64,000 nt of DNA from Lepidodermella squamata (lineage: Eukaryota; Animalia; Gastrotricha): assembly GCA_047495785.1 (NCBI GenBank), contig JBLDXI010000040.1, positions 248,001 to 312,000 on the forward strand, read 5' to 3'. This document shows positions 22,769 to 34,353 of the stretch, one piece after another (within the stretch, counting starts at the first letter, position 1; each line of letters opens with the position of its first letter). The translations under genes and the position numbers were made by a program. The notes under the pieces are model-generated. The model was given only the letters and a program-made list of their open reading frames with translations, searched no databases and was not told where the DNA came from.

Positions 22769-23593
22769 TTAATCCGAGTTGGAGCTTGAGCTGGAGTCTT
22801 GAGACTTGGAGTCCTCATCGCTTGAGACGGAGCCGTTGCGCTGACCGCCACAGGGCTGCATGTCGTCCCGTGCGATATCGGCTTCTGCTGACCAAGGCGT
22901 CTGGTACTCCGGCTCCACCTCCAGGTCGCGGAAATTCTCCGCTTGATTTTTACGGTGCTCCAACAATCTGCTTAGCTGCGGCCAGAGTTCTGCAGTTAGT
23001 GTCACACGATTGTCACCTGATTGAATCCCGATAACAGCCGAATCGGCATAGACTGGAGAGCCAGGGGAGCCGAAAAGCGTCTGCGTCTTGTAAAAACAAT
23101 GAGGATTATCAACCCTGTCAATCAAGACGGAAGAAACATGAAAGGCCGAGCTCATCGAATGTTCCGCGTCAGTATAGCAGCCGATCACATCGACGGCTTG
23201 GTTTTCCTTAGGAACGGCGTCCTCGCTAATCGGGTCAAACAATGGGCAAGCCGTCAAGCCCAGGTTTCTCACTTGTTTCCACGCCTTCTTTCCCAATTCG
23301 ACGACGGTGACACCGAGATTTTGGAAGTCGTGAAAGAATCGGCCATCTATGCCGATTTCCTTTTCAACTTTCGCCGGCTTCTTAAGGCCACGGTAAAATG
23401 TGACGACAAATATATTGCCCTCTTCAAGGAGTATCGGCGCATTACCGCGACCAATATCGTCATTGCTCGCAATGAGGTATTTCTTGTAGTCAATCTCTAC
23501 AAGGTAACAAGCGGCCATAGATCGATTTGCTGGAGAAATGGTCCCGATCGCATGCTTAGCGTACGGCGAACTGTGCAGTCTCTGAGCTTGCAT
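22769..23593 (-). CDS. Trypsin-like (Trypsin_2/FAM111-like) pseudo-protease, paralog A; catalytic triad lost
   Basis: Intronless 274 aa, colinear with paralogs C and D. NYHV becomes SNDD, DLDV becomes NLGV, and GSSG becomes GSPG. Confidence 0.8.
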   Translation of the reverse strand: MQAQRLHSSPYAKHAIGTISPANRSMAACYLVEIDYKKYLIASNDDIGRGNAPILLEEGNIFVVTFYRGLKKPAKVEKEIGIDGRFFHDFQNLGVTVVELGKKAWKQVRNLGLTACPLFDPISEDAVPKENQAVDVIGCYTDAEHSMSSAFHVSSVLIDRVDNPHCFYKTQTLFGSPGSPVYADSAVIGIQSGDNRVTLTAELWPQLSRLLEHRKNQAENFRDLEVEPEYQTPWSAEADIARDDMQPCGGQRNGSVSSDEDSKSQDSSSSSNSD

Positions 23594-24477
23594 AGTTGGA
23601 ATTTTGGGCTCAATTAATGAAATTCTAGAATGGAAAGTGACACAATTGCCTAATTAGTTACCGCATGATATTCGCTGACTACTCAACTCGAATAATTGGC
23701 ATTGACCTAGGTAGTAACCTAGGATTTAAGAAGCCAATCCGTAGGAAAATAACCAAATTTGTACGGCGAGTAAATAACCATAACCCTGATAAAACCTAGT
23801 GAGAGGTCGCAAATCGAGTTGTCAACCAGAAAAATCATGATGCTGGTGATAAGAAATTATTAGCCGTAGGATTCGATGGAAATGCTTTACCATAATTATG
23901 GCTTGATTATAGTGGTAAATGGTGCTTTAATAATATTATTATAATTGTAATATTTACCGCGGGGTCGTAATATTAGAAGGTACTATAAATATTAGCGGTG
24001 TGATAAAAGGAAGAACAAGGACCACCACTAGACCACTAGATATTGTTTAGCAAACAACTAGCAACGCCAAAAGTCAAACAACCCAACTACGAGTTATCTT
24101 TTTTTATAACACAGTATATTTCGTAGTACGAGGCCCAGCTCCCGTCTCCTGTTGTCGTGGGGCGTGTTCCGTTCCGTCGCGAGTGAATAATAACGTGAAT
24201 ACCTCCGCACGTTTTTATGCTCGTCGAGGGCAAGGATTCTTGTTGACAACTCACCCGTATCCGATAAAACTGCTGTCTAATCTCGGCGCAGTTTTATTTT
24301 GCAGCTCATATCAACGGCGACGTCAGCCGCGGCAATGTTTATTTTATTTGGTGTGGCCAACCACTCGTTCACACCGAAAACCCACGATTGGTTTATTAGC
24401 AAAAAAAGGTTTGCACCCAGCCTAGGTACGAATGAGCTGATCGAGCAGCGACAACGTACTCACAGACCGCCGCACTT

Positions 24478-26156
24478 CATGAGACGTATAATAGGACGCC
24501 GCGGCTTGCAGAAAATCATAAAAAGCGTGCTATTTCTAATAGTCCAAAGTCCAATCAATGAATCATCTAATTACATTTTTGCAATCATCCAGTGTTTTTT
24601 TTAAGGAAAAGTTCGGTGTTTACCCAAAACAGTTCGGTGTTTACACCTATGAGCCTTATATGTACCGGAATTTTTGGGTATAAAACTGCGGGTAATTTAT
24701 ACCGAAAGTAGCTTTGCCTCAGTGACTTTGATTTGATTTGATTTGATTTCTTCAGTAAATCGCGGGTCTTGTTAAATCAATCATTTCAAATCAAATCGAC
24801 GAAAAATCCATGGTAAATCAATCAAATCAAATCATCCAAACAGTCTAAATCAAATCAAATCAAATCATCCGCATAGAAAACCTATATTATTACGGTAAAT
24901 TTCGGAGAATTGTTTCACATTTTAAGGTTGACTTTGGCAGGGTAACTTTAAAAGGGGTATAACGGCTCCAGTCTTAGCAATCCTTAAAACGGAAAGAGGT
25001 GTTTCAACGCAAATGCGGAAACGGAAAGTTCTCATGATAGGTAAAAGAGGGAATTCCAAGAGTTTTGAATACTCTAATTCAGCGTAAATCATGGGGGCTA
25101 AATCATTTGCAAATCAAATCATCGTAAAAACTTTGTAAATCAATCATCAGTAAATCAAATCAAATCACAATCAAATCAAATCAAATCAAAGTCTCTGCTT
25201 TGCCTTCTGTCTACAACTATTAGAAGCAGCGGCTGAAATCATGGGACAACTAAATTTTCGAATTTGCGAGCGAAGCGAGCTTAAATTTCGATTTCATGCT
25301 GGAATTGGTGCTGAGAATAGCCTAAAATTGCTTCAAAATAACGATGATATTTCTAAATAAGTTAATGAAAGCATCGCAGTTCATACTTCAGGCGAGATGA
25401 TACTTCGTAGGAATGATTGCTCAATTTCTTCACCATCAAATTCGAAGTAGCGGTGTAGTACCAACAACTGCGTAAGGTGAAGACCGCAGTCGAAGACGCG
25501 AGAAACGAATACACATATGTAGGAGTCAAAAGTGCGAGCGAAGCGAGGAGAAAAATTTACCGTAAACTACAGTATAAAGGCCGCACTCGAATAATCCCCG
25601 CAAAAACACCCCATTTTAAAATATTTGGCAATAATAAAGGCCGCGCGCGAATAATCGCCGCACTCCTTAATAGCGATTAGCAGTCACCCTCAATGAGACA
25701 CCTGGGGTGACTCCCGAGTAGACGGATTATCCGCACTTCTTAGCGAATATGTAAACTCATTGCGCTAGCTGCAGATCTTGATTACAGTAAAATCCGCCCT
25801 CTGGCGCACCTGTTACACCCGTTAGTAGTGAATAAACTGCTAGTTCAGCGTGACGGCTGAAAATTCAAGATAATAAAGGCCGCACTCGAATAATCGCCGC
25901 ACCTGTATAATCGCCGAATTTTTCATCCCTTTCTGAAAAATCAGGAAAATTAATTGTAACGTTAAAAATGCATGAGATGAAAGAGTTAGCAAGTTTCCAG
26001 ACCAAGGTGCTTTACAGGCGCGAGCAGGTTTCGGATTTCGGTGTTTACATCGCCAGTTTCCGGTGTTTCCGGTGTTTACGGCCGGGTAGCAACCGAGCGG
26101 TCATGTAATAGGAGCTTCGAAGCCGCGGCGTCCTTTACATAGTACGTCTCATGATG
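24478..26156 (-). mobile_element. Second non-autonomous P-like element, inverted relative to 4264-7833
   Basis: Ends CATGAGACGTA... at 24478 and ...TACGTCTCATG(ATG) at 26153-26156. 8-bp duplication CCGCACTT at 24470-24477 and 26157-26164. Confidence 0.8.
24720..25197. mobile_element. hAT-like MITE rich in AAATC/GATTT pentamers, nested in the P-like element
   Basis: TIR CAG(T/A)GACTTTGATTTGATTTGATTTGATT. 8-bp TSD CTTTGCCT at 24712-24719 and 25198-25205. Confidence 0.88.
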
Positions 26157-26407
26157 CCGCACTTTACTTTCTTTCATACCTGATCATTGTATTCAGGGTG
26201 ATGATGGATTACATGTACGGACTGGATATCGATGTGTCGGTGCGGGTTTTTGAAGATCGGTGGCACTGTAGAATTCCAGGGGTTGCCCTGTTCTATGGCA
26301 CGAAGGCTTAGATTTGGGACTTTTCTACCGACTCGGCCCGGACCTACACCACTTCTTTTTATTGTTCAGTTTTAAGTATAGGATAAGCCATTGAGGTCAT
26401 ACATAGG

Positions 26408-26645
26408 TCATACATCGATGTCGTGTGAGCCAAAGAACAATCGGCCATGCTTGCATATTTTCACTGTCACTTTGTTAGGCCCCAGACGGTGCTGGTGAAT
26501 TGAGATGTTAAATTTGCTGCCCTTTCCAAGCAGTATGGGCGCTTTATCGCCGCCGATTACGTGGTAGTTGTTCAGGAGGCAAGTCTTGGGTTCGATCACA
26601 CCAATTAAACCAGTCGCAGTAAATTTACTGCCTGGAATTTGACAT
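26408..26645 (-). pseudogene. Truncated trypsin-like protease, paralog B
   Basis: CQIPGSKFTATGLIGVIEPKTCLLNNYHVIGG...GRLFFGSHDIDV* is highly similar to the N-terminal half of paralog D; the rest is missing. Confidence 0.85.
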
Positions 26646-27349
26646 AATCGGAGATGCGCGTAAAACGTCCTTCGAACGACTTCAAAGGCTTCAAGACCGA
26701 GTGGTCCGCATAGTTATGAGTGTGCCTTTTTCCGCAGCCGCAGATCCTCTTCGCGGAAGCAACTAGGCTGGCTAGACCTTGTTCGAACTTCCAAGTTGAC
26801 CTTCAAAGTTCCCTAATTCCGCATCGACTACAGCAAAGCCAGTCTCAGCGGGCCAGTGTTTTTCAACACCCTGCCAGTCCACTTCCATTGCTCACAAAAT
26901 CGGCCAGTCGATATCAGCACCTACAACGGCAGCTTTCCGACCTGCTAATGTGGAATCAAGGCCTGCGCCACCGCCAATGACTGCAGACAGCTTGTATTAT
27001 AGACATTTACTTTGTTGTTGATTATTTTATACTAATTCATCTCACTTTGTTTTGACCAATAACGAAACGGAACAGACTCTGCACACTTTTTTGATACTGA
27101 CACCTAATTTTTCAAGTCTAGCTCTCAACAATGGGATCCAATGTCATTGAATAGATAAATAAATAAATAAATTACAACCGTTTTCCGTTCATTCATTGAA
27201 AGGTTTACGGCTAATTTAAATCGCGTGCTGTGCTGGAAATGCATGCTTTTCTTGTTATTAAATCGCAAAATATTTCGTTATTTTTACCATTCAATCAATA
27301 AAATTCTGCTAGTTCATTTTCTTTTGGAGGTTTCACACCTTGATCAGTG

Positions 27350-30073
27350 ATGGCAGTGCGCCTTATTACGCTTGTGTTGGCTTGCTCATATCTCCACCCT
27401 GTCTCCTCACTCTCAGAGAGAGCTGAAAACGTCACCTTTGCCATTTTTAACGGTGACGTCGTCTCAACCGTAATAACAACGACCATGTACCCTTACTCTT
27501 ATGACGGCTTCGTCCCGGGCCAACCGCCGGCGAAACCGTGGCCGTTGCCGATACCTTACGCATTAAATAACAACACCTGGAAACGCGGCAGTTGCAGCGT
27601 CCCATCAGATTGCCGCGATGCATCTTTGTGTGAGTTGACGAGTGACTCATGAAATGTCCTTTGTTTATGATGTTAATATTCACGTGGCAGCCGAGGTCGA
27701 TACTGCCGTTATCAGGCAAGCAATAGCTCAACTCGAATCAGTCACCTGTTTGCGGTTCGAGGAGCGACCTTCCATCAACGTGAATACGTCAAACTCGATT
27801 ATTTTCTTACAATATGGGTGAGTTGCTGTGTTGCAGCTTGGAAATTCATCATGAGTCTCTTTTTCAATCAGGAACTCCCAAGGTTATCATAGCGTTGATT
27901 ATCCTGCAAAGCTCGTTGCTATCGGGAATTCTTACGGCATCCAAGATTCAAGCTTCGCGGTTAGTTTCCTACTTAACACTAGAAACAAAAATCAGCTATG
28001 GCTTCGAATCAGGTTCAATTTGCGATTAGAAAAATTGGCTACGTCCTAGGGCTGACGTATGAGCTCAGAAGGCCAGATCGTGATCAATATCTCACAGCCT
28101 ACCCTGGCTCCGAGAACAGGTTTGATTCATGACTTATTTCGGCTACTTAGATTTCTGCATTCTTCCGAATAGCTACCCTGTAAATACGGCGCAAACGTAC
28201 TACAACTCGACTCCGTTTGACTACGAGTCGCTCTTCAATCCTATTATGAATATGGTGGGCGATCTGAAGGTGGGCGAGAGGTACCCACCCGACCGGCGAT
28301 ACGTGACAAGCTTGGGACAGTCTAGCCACCTGTCACTGCTCGACATGGTGAAGTTGAACACGCTCTACAACTGCTTCAGTGAGTTTAAGCGGCTGCGAAG
28401 AAACGCTGTTAATCAAACGTCTTTTTTTAGATTCTGATCCTTGCAAGAACCCAACGATCACATGCCAAAATAGTGGCTACCCTAATCCGAGCGTGAACTG
28501 TACAAAATGCTTCTGCCCTGTTGGTCTTGCTGGCGATTTTTGCGAAATCCCATACCCGACCGATACAGCGAACGGCTGTGGCGGCGAAATCTACGTTGAG
28601 CCTTGTACTACGGTTGACATATCAACACCCACAGTTGGCACAACGAATTCGACTCGTTGCTCGTGGCGTGTAACAACGGTTTGTAAATGATTTCCCTTAT
28701 CGATTTCCTGCACGTTTCCTTTCCTTTTTCAGGGTGTTACGAGTGGATTGATCTTCGCGTTTCCAACTTGGCTCTTTCTGGAATATCATGGTGGGCGAAT
28801 CTATGCTAATCTGAGAATATCTGTCTAATAACTTTATTCTTAGGATCTGTAAATTGCATGAACTTCGTCCTCATAAGAGGCTTGGGGCTGGAGAGCAGAG
28901 TTCCCGGATTTATGTGAGTGACGAAATTAGCCTTGAAATGGCTACAAATTTTTCCTCCGTTTAGATTTTGCAGTGTCGCTAATATGAACGGGCGTGTTTT
29001 TGTAACCAACAACAATCAAGCTTTGTTCTACTCAGGCATAGTGTACCCGGAAGCGGGCGAACGCGGCCGTGTGACTGTCTTCGCAACTTGTCCCGGCGTT
29101 AAAGCGACCGAGTTGAGTAAGGAATGCCGAATCACGCCAGTGGCAAGTGACTATGAAGGATCGCTCATTTCCAAGACTGCAACTGGTGCAACCTGCTCGC
29201 GCTGGTCCGAAGATTCCGGGCTGCGCTACATGTATATACCGAGAGGCGATTTTAATGCCTCTGGAAATGCATGTCGCAATCTCTATTTTTCTTCTTTAAA
29301 ATGCTGGAGTAACGGTGGAATTACCGACTGCGAGAATTACGACAAAATTAAAAGCTGCAGTGAGTCATTTTACTTTGAATGCAATTTAGCTCTATATCGA
29401 ATCCCCCTTTCTTAATTTAATGGCTTAATAGCTCAATTGGCTTCGCGTTGCATCAACTCGGAAACTGGCCAGTTCGAAGCGTGCAGGCGGTACTGCTTGG
29501 TTGGGGAAACTGCTTTTAAGGAATGGACAACTCGTTTCATGGACACCTGCAGTAAGGGCGTGAGTTAAAATAATCTAATCCAATCTAGCCAAATTAGCGC
29601 TGTTTGTGTTGTAGAACGCCAAGAAATGCGTCAAAGGCTCGACTTTTCGTTGTATCGCTGGCGACCAAGGCTGTGCCACCGGTGAGAGTAAAATCGTGAG
29701 CTATAGAAAAATTGGGAAATTTCGGCAAGAATTCTGCAATCTACTTCTTTAGATGTTCAACACCTACGCCTTCTTCGGCCGTAATTTACTAGCGTGTAAT
29801 CATCGAGCTGATCTCAATTGGGTTTGTTTCGGTCGGAATAATGCTGATAATATCGTTGATAAATCATTGCGTATAGAAATACATCCGCTGTTACCGCAAC
29901 ACGCCAGGCAAGCCGTTCGCAGACTGCCGACGTTCAGATTTCGGATGCAAACCGACTGAGGTTGGTCATAATTCTCCGCTTTTTAAGCCTGAAAAAACTC
30001 CTCTGCTCCTTAACAGGTTTCGGATGCAACGCCGACGTTTACGGATCCTTTCAAATGCTACGAGGGCATGTAG
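27350..30073 (+). CDS. Secreted astacin-like (M12A) pseudo-metalloprotease with EGF, CUB, kringle-like and Cys-rich domains; multi-exon
   Basis: Signal peptide MAVRLITLVLACSYL; astacin landmarks WPLPIPY, TCLRFEER, RPDRDQY, FDYESL and LSLLDMVKLNTLYNC. EGF CQNSGYPNP..CFCPVGLAGDFCE; CUB CGGEI..CSWRV; kringle-like YEG..SKTATGATCSRW..NACRN. Last exon 30017-30073. Confidence 0.85.
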
Positions 30074-30623
30074 CTGTCACTCAAAACTCTCTAGTTTGAA
30101 TTTGGAACATCATAACTCATTCTTTTGATCTGTTTCTGCTTTATGGAATATTAATATACTAGTTTTTTCTTCACGGCAAATCTGTTGCCGGTAATGTTGA
30201 TCAGCCAAGTGGACGGTCTATTTTTCCTTAAAATAAAATGCGTAACAGCCATACTTTTTCTATATTGCCACGGAGTGCGATAAATTAATTTCTTGATTCC
30301 ACCTGCTTCTATCAGCTCAACACATTTTTTATCGCAAAACAACCGATTAACCGAGAAGGGGCACAGGAATCGGCCGAAAGCGGGGCGTTAAGATCGCGAA
30401 TTAGAGGCTCGGCGAAACTTGCCGTACTCGATTTACTCTCCATTCGTCTCCGAGACTCTTTCCTATTCGTAAATCTCGGCCGGCTCCGTTCAGTCATAGA
30501 CTTTTTACTTGTGCTATAGCCTCAGAATAAAAAATATCAATTCAGATAACAAATCATATAATATCAGAGTAGACTTCTGCAAGTTTTTCAACATTGGCAT
30601 GCCGGGCGAACTCTTTCACTTGA

Positions 30624-31730
30624 TTAGTTTTGTTTATAAAAAATCACACCCGCTAACCCCACCAACCCCGCCACCGCAACCGACCCAGCAAAATATAGAC
30701 TGACTTTGAGGCCGGTCCTGCTTTCGCCACTCTTGCGCGTCAGCGGAGGGGTATTTGCGAACCACTGGTTTATTCGAAATTCGAAGTCTGACTCTGAGTC
30801 GGACGATTTTTGAAGATTTTGCTCCTGCTGCTCGTTAGTATTCGTAAGATTGTACTGCGGTGAGAAATCAACATCTCCGAATCTCCCGTTACCATCCTGA
30901 AACTCCGAGTTCGGTATCTCGCTCAAGATTGGTTCCATTATTCCGACAACAATCTGACCAACATAGACTAGACTGCCTGTGGAGATATCATCTTTACGCC
31001 CGGCCGTCCTTATATCTTTTTTCACACGTTCCAAGATTGCTTCAATTAGCGTTGCTCGATTGACGCCAGTATTGTCCCCGACATAGCCGGAATGAATGGC
31101 AACAACATCAGAAACTTGACCATCAGAGAGTTGACTGCCTGAGGAACCGACATCCGTTTGCCCCGTGTAAAAAACGAACGGATGCTGGACTTCAACAATT
31201 GTGCCTGTAATAACAAAGCTGCTTCCAAAGCCGAACATTTTTAGTAGATAATACAAGAAGCTCGCACGCGAAGGTTCCACGCGAGGATAGCCGATCACAT
31301 CGACAACTGCGTTCACATTAGGAATGGCGGCCCGGCTTCCTGGGCGAGCCAATGGGCAATCGGTAATGCCCAGCTTATTCAGTCGTTTCTCCCAATTCTC
31401 CCCCAATTCGATGACAGTAGCATCGATGTCGGGATAGCCGAAGTAGAATCGGCCATGCCTGCCGATTTTCACTGTTGTCTTGTTAGGTCCCAGAAGTTGT
31501 GGGTGAAAGGCGATGGCGAATTTATTGCCCCTCTCAAGCGGCATGGCCTTTTCGCCGCCGCCGATTACGTGGTAGTTCGCCATGAGCCATGCCTTGTCGT
31601 AAGTCACAACAATGAAACCAGTCGCAGTAGATCCATCGGGTAAAATGATTTGTCCGCTCGCATGCATAGAGTACGGCGAATCACGTTGTAATATTTCAGG
31701 CTCTGATCCAGCGGTGCATCGCGGTTGCAT
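30624..31730 (-). CDS. Trypsin-like serine protease, paralog C, with a C-terminal tail anchor
   Basis: Intronless 368 aa with no signal peptide. Triad ANYHVIG, DIDATVIEL, TDVGSSG. C-terminus SLYFAGSVAVAGLVGLAGVIFYKQN. Confidence 0.88.
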   Translation of the reverse strand: MQPRCTAGSEPEILQRDSPYSMHASGQIILPDGSTATGFIVVTYDKAWLMANYHVIGGGEKAMPLERGNKFAIAFHPQLLGPNKTTVKIGRHGRFYFGYPDIDATVIELGENWEKRLNKLGITDCPLARPGSRAAIPNVNAVVDVIGYPRVEPSRASFLYYLLKMFGFGSSFVITGTIVEVQHPFVFYTGQTDVGSSGSQLSDGQVSDVVAIHSGYVGDNTGVNRATLIEAILERVKKDIRTAGRKDDISTGSLVYVGQIVVGIMEPILSEIPNSEFQDGNGRFGDVDFSPQYNLTNTNEQQEQNLQKSSDSESDFEFRINQWFANTPPLTRKSGESRTGLKVSLYFAGSVAVAGLVGLAGVIFYKQN

Positions 31731-32991
31731 TTCCTCCTGAATCGTTTAGTTTATGTTTGCTGGTTTTGAACAAAACTGTAGAATCTAAACGAGGAGACTG
31801 GCATTAGTTTAAATGCAGAGGAGACTGCATTTCACAAAGCACTCAATCTTTCTACATTTACTGAAAAAAAGAATACTCGAGTGGGGAGAGGTGGGGGGAG
31901 TAGGGAGGCTGAACTCAAAAAGCACTACATAATCGAGCTATTTATTTGATTTTATTTGCATGCAAAAAAATTGTTCAAAGCTAAAGCAGAAGAATGCGGG
32001 CAAAACATTGGTTTTCTGCTCTAGAAAATCAGGAAAAATGGCAATTTCAGGGCATGAGGGTTACAAAATTCCGTAATTTTTCCTTGATTTTACAAGTACG
32101 GTGCATGATTTGTTTAATTTTGGACACTTGTGGGGTAATTTTGGAGACCTCATTAGCATATTCATAATCAGATGCGTGCAGAACTTTAAGGGTTACTTGA
32201 AAGTCCGAAAAAAAATTCGGAATGGCCCCACGGCGTCAACTAGTGCTGGTAAATTTTTTCGAAAAATCGGCTTTCAGGTTGACAGGGAATGAGGGGGTCC
32301 CAAATGGACGTTTTGAGGCATCGAAGCTTTTTATTTATAATAAAAACAGGTACATTTCAGACCACCTTTAATTTAGTACCGTTGGAAAGCCCGTCTTTCT
32401 AGGCAACTTGCAATTTTAATGGGAATTTTTTCAACCTCACTGATAGAACACACTTACGTGTGGAAGTTGTTCTGTCCATTTTCTTAATACGAGGCAGATT
32501 ACCATCGAATTCGAAAATATGAGCAGCGTTAGTAGTCATCTAATACTGAGTGAATACTAATGTAGTCATAGTAAAAAATGATAATGATAAGAAGTTGAAG
32601 GTGTAAAATTAAGTTGAATAAACTATACATATTAATCCTGTAATATTTTTTATGTTTAATCATTGGAAACCTATAATAATAGACGGATTCATGGCAATGA
32701 ATTATGCTGCAGTCTGTGACGATGAAAAACTTACATAGCCTTAATGCTCACGTTTCTTCAACTACTTGTGATTGTGGAAAGCGTCTTGCCGGAATGCTTA
32801 GCTTACATTTTGTTTGAATAAAAAAATATAAAAAGTAGTTCGGATTAAGTGCAGCGTCGTTGGCGGTAAATATGAGAAAAAAATTAAACAAGCCTTCTGC
32901 GGCGCTGACAACAATTTGGCAGCATAAGGATGTACAATTGTAATGGAAGACTTTAACAGGCGTTGATTAGCAAAGTTTGGGCACCTACGCT

Positions 32992-33474
32992 CATACGGGC
33001 GCCGTCGTTCACAAATTCGAAAAACTGAGAAATTTTCAACATAATGGTTGCCCCCTTAAAAATTACGATTTCGCAATAAAAAACACAACCCAGTAGGTAA
33101 TCGATGACGCTCTGCACACTGGTTACCGATTTTTCTCTCAATTAGCTAATCGTAACCGGCAATTAGCGAAAAATGAAAATATTTGAATCGAAGTGTTTAT
33201 CAACTCATTTCTAGGGTTAAAAAAATCGCTGATTCCGAAAATCATATTTTCAACTAAAAATTCGGCAATTTAATTTTTTTCATGTCATTTAGGCCCAATT
33301 TTCGACGAGTTAGACATGTAATAAAAATCTGGAAAATTCACCAAAATGTGCGGCTCAAAAAGTTGCTACAAAGACCTGTTTTCATCGTTCTAGAATGATT
33401 TTTAAGGATGGTGACCATTGTCTCAAATGACAAAAATTTTGTGAAAAACATTTGTGAACGACGGCGCACGTATG
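32992..33474. mobile_element. About 480-bp MITE
   Basis: 25-bp TIR CATACG(G/T)GCGCCGTCGTTCACAAAT at 32992-33016 and 33450-33474. TSD is either the flanking CT or the internal TA. Confidence 0.75.
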
Positions 33475-34353
33475 CTTGAGAGGTTTACAGATTTATCTGC
33501 GCTGCGGAAGCAATACAAATTGGCCTTTAACTTCCATGAGGCGACCCAATTTGCGACTGGGCTATTATAGGAAAACGAATGCGGTATTCCATTTAAAAAA
33601 ATTTGTGTTGTGTATAACTCTATACTACTTTATTGAGAAAATGAAACGAACATGATAAACGGAGTTCCCAAGGCTTAAAATTTACAATTCGAATCTAAGT
33701 CGAACAAGTGAATACTTACGAATCAGTTATCATATGAGAATCACAATATTGTTCTTAGTCATTGCGCCGATGCTATCGGGCACATTCTCACACTTTGCCA
33801 TCCGCAAACACCTCCCTGAGCCGCTTGGTAGCCACGGAAATCGCGAAGCGCGTTCTTCGGTCTGGGAAAACACCAAAGAACCGGGCTGAATTGTGATCTC
33901 GGGTCAAGAGGTAAAGATAACAAGCTTAAGTCGAAAGATGTCGAGCCATTTGACAAAGGCAATTTTCGTTGAAAACCGAAACGAAAAATGAAGTTCGAGA
34001 ATCGCGAAGCATAATATTTCGCAGGAGATCACAAACATGCAGATCCGAGACACGGCAATGCTCGAATTCACGGGATCGTTGCCATTCAAAAATGTTGCGA
34101 AATCCAGCGAGTTGTCGACGTTGAGTCGACCAGAGACTTCCCCTATCAACGCTTGACCGCCGTAAACGAAGAGATGCGTAGCCATAAACAGTGACTGAGC
34201 CGTCAGCCGTCACCAAGGCGAAACCATACCGGCATAGCTTTGGCGCCGCGAATCATGCAGCCAAGCTGCACAACTTCTGAGAAGGAATCCCGAGGAGGAA
34301 TCCAAGTAGCCGAGAATAGAGAAACAGGCCAATTTCAGGCCCAAAAGGTTTTT

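Noticed and set aside
33759-34216. Short overlapping minus-strand ORFs downstream of protease D
   Set aside because: No recognisable domain or consistent exon structure; may be 3' UTR or a decayed gene.
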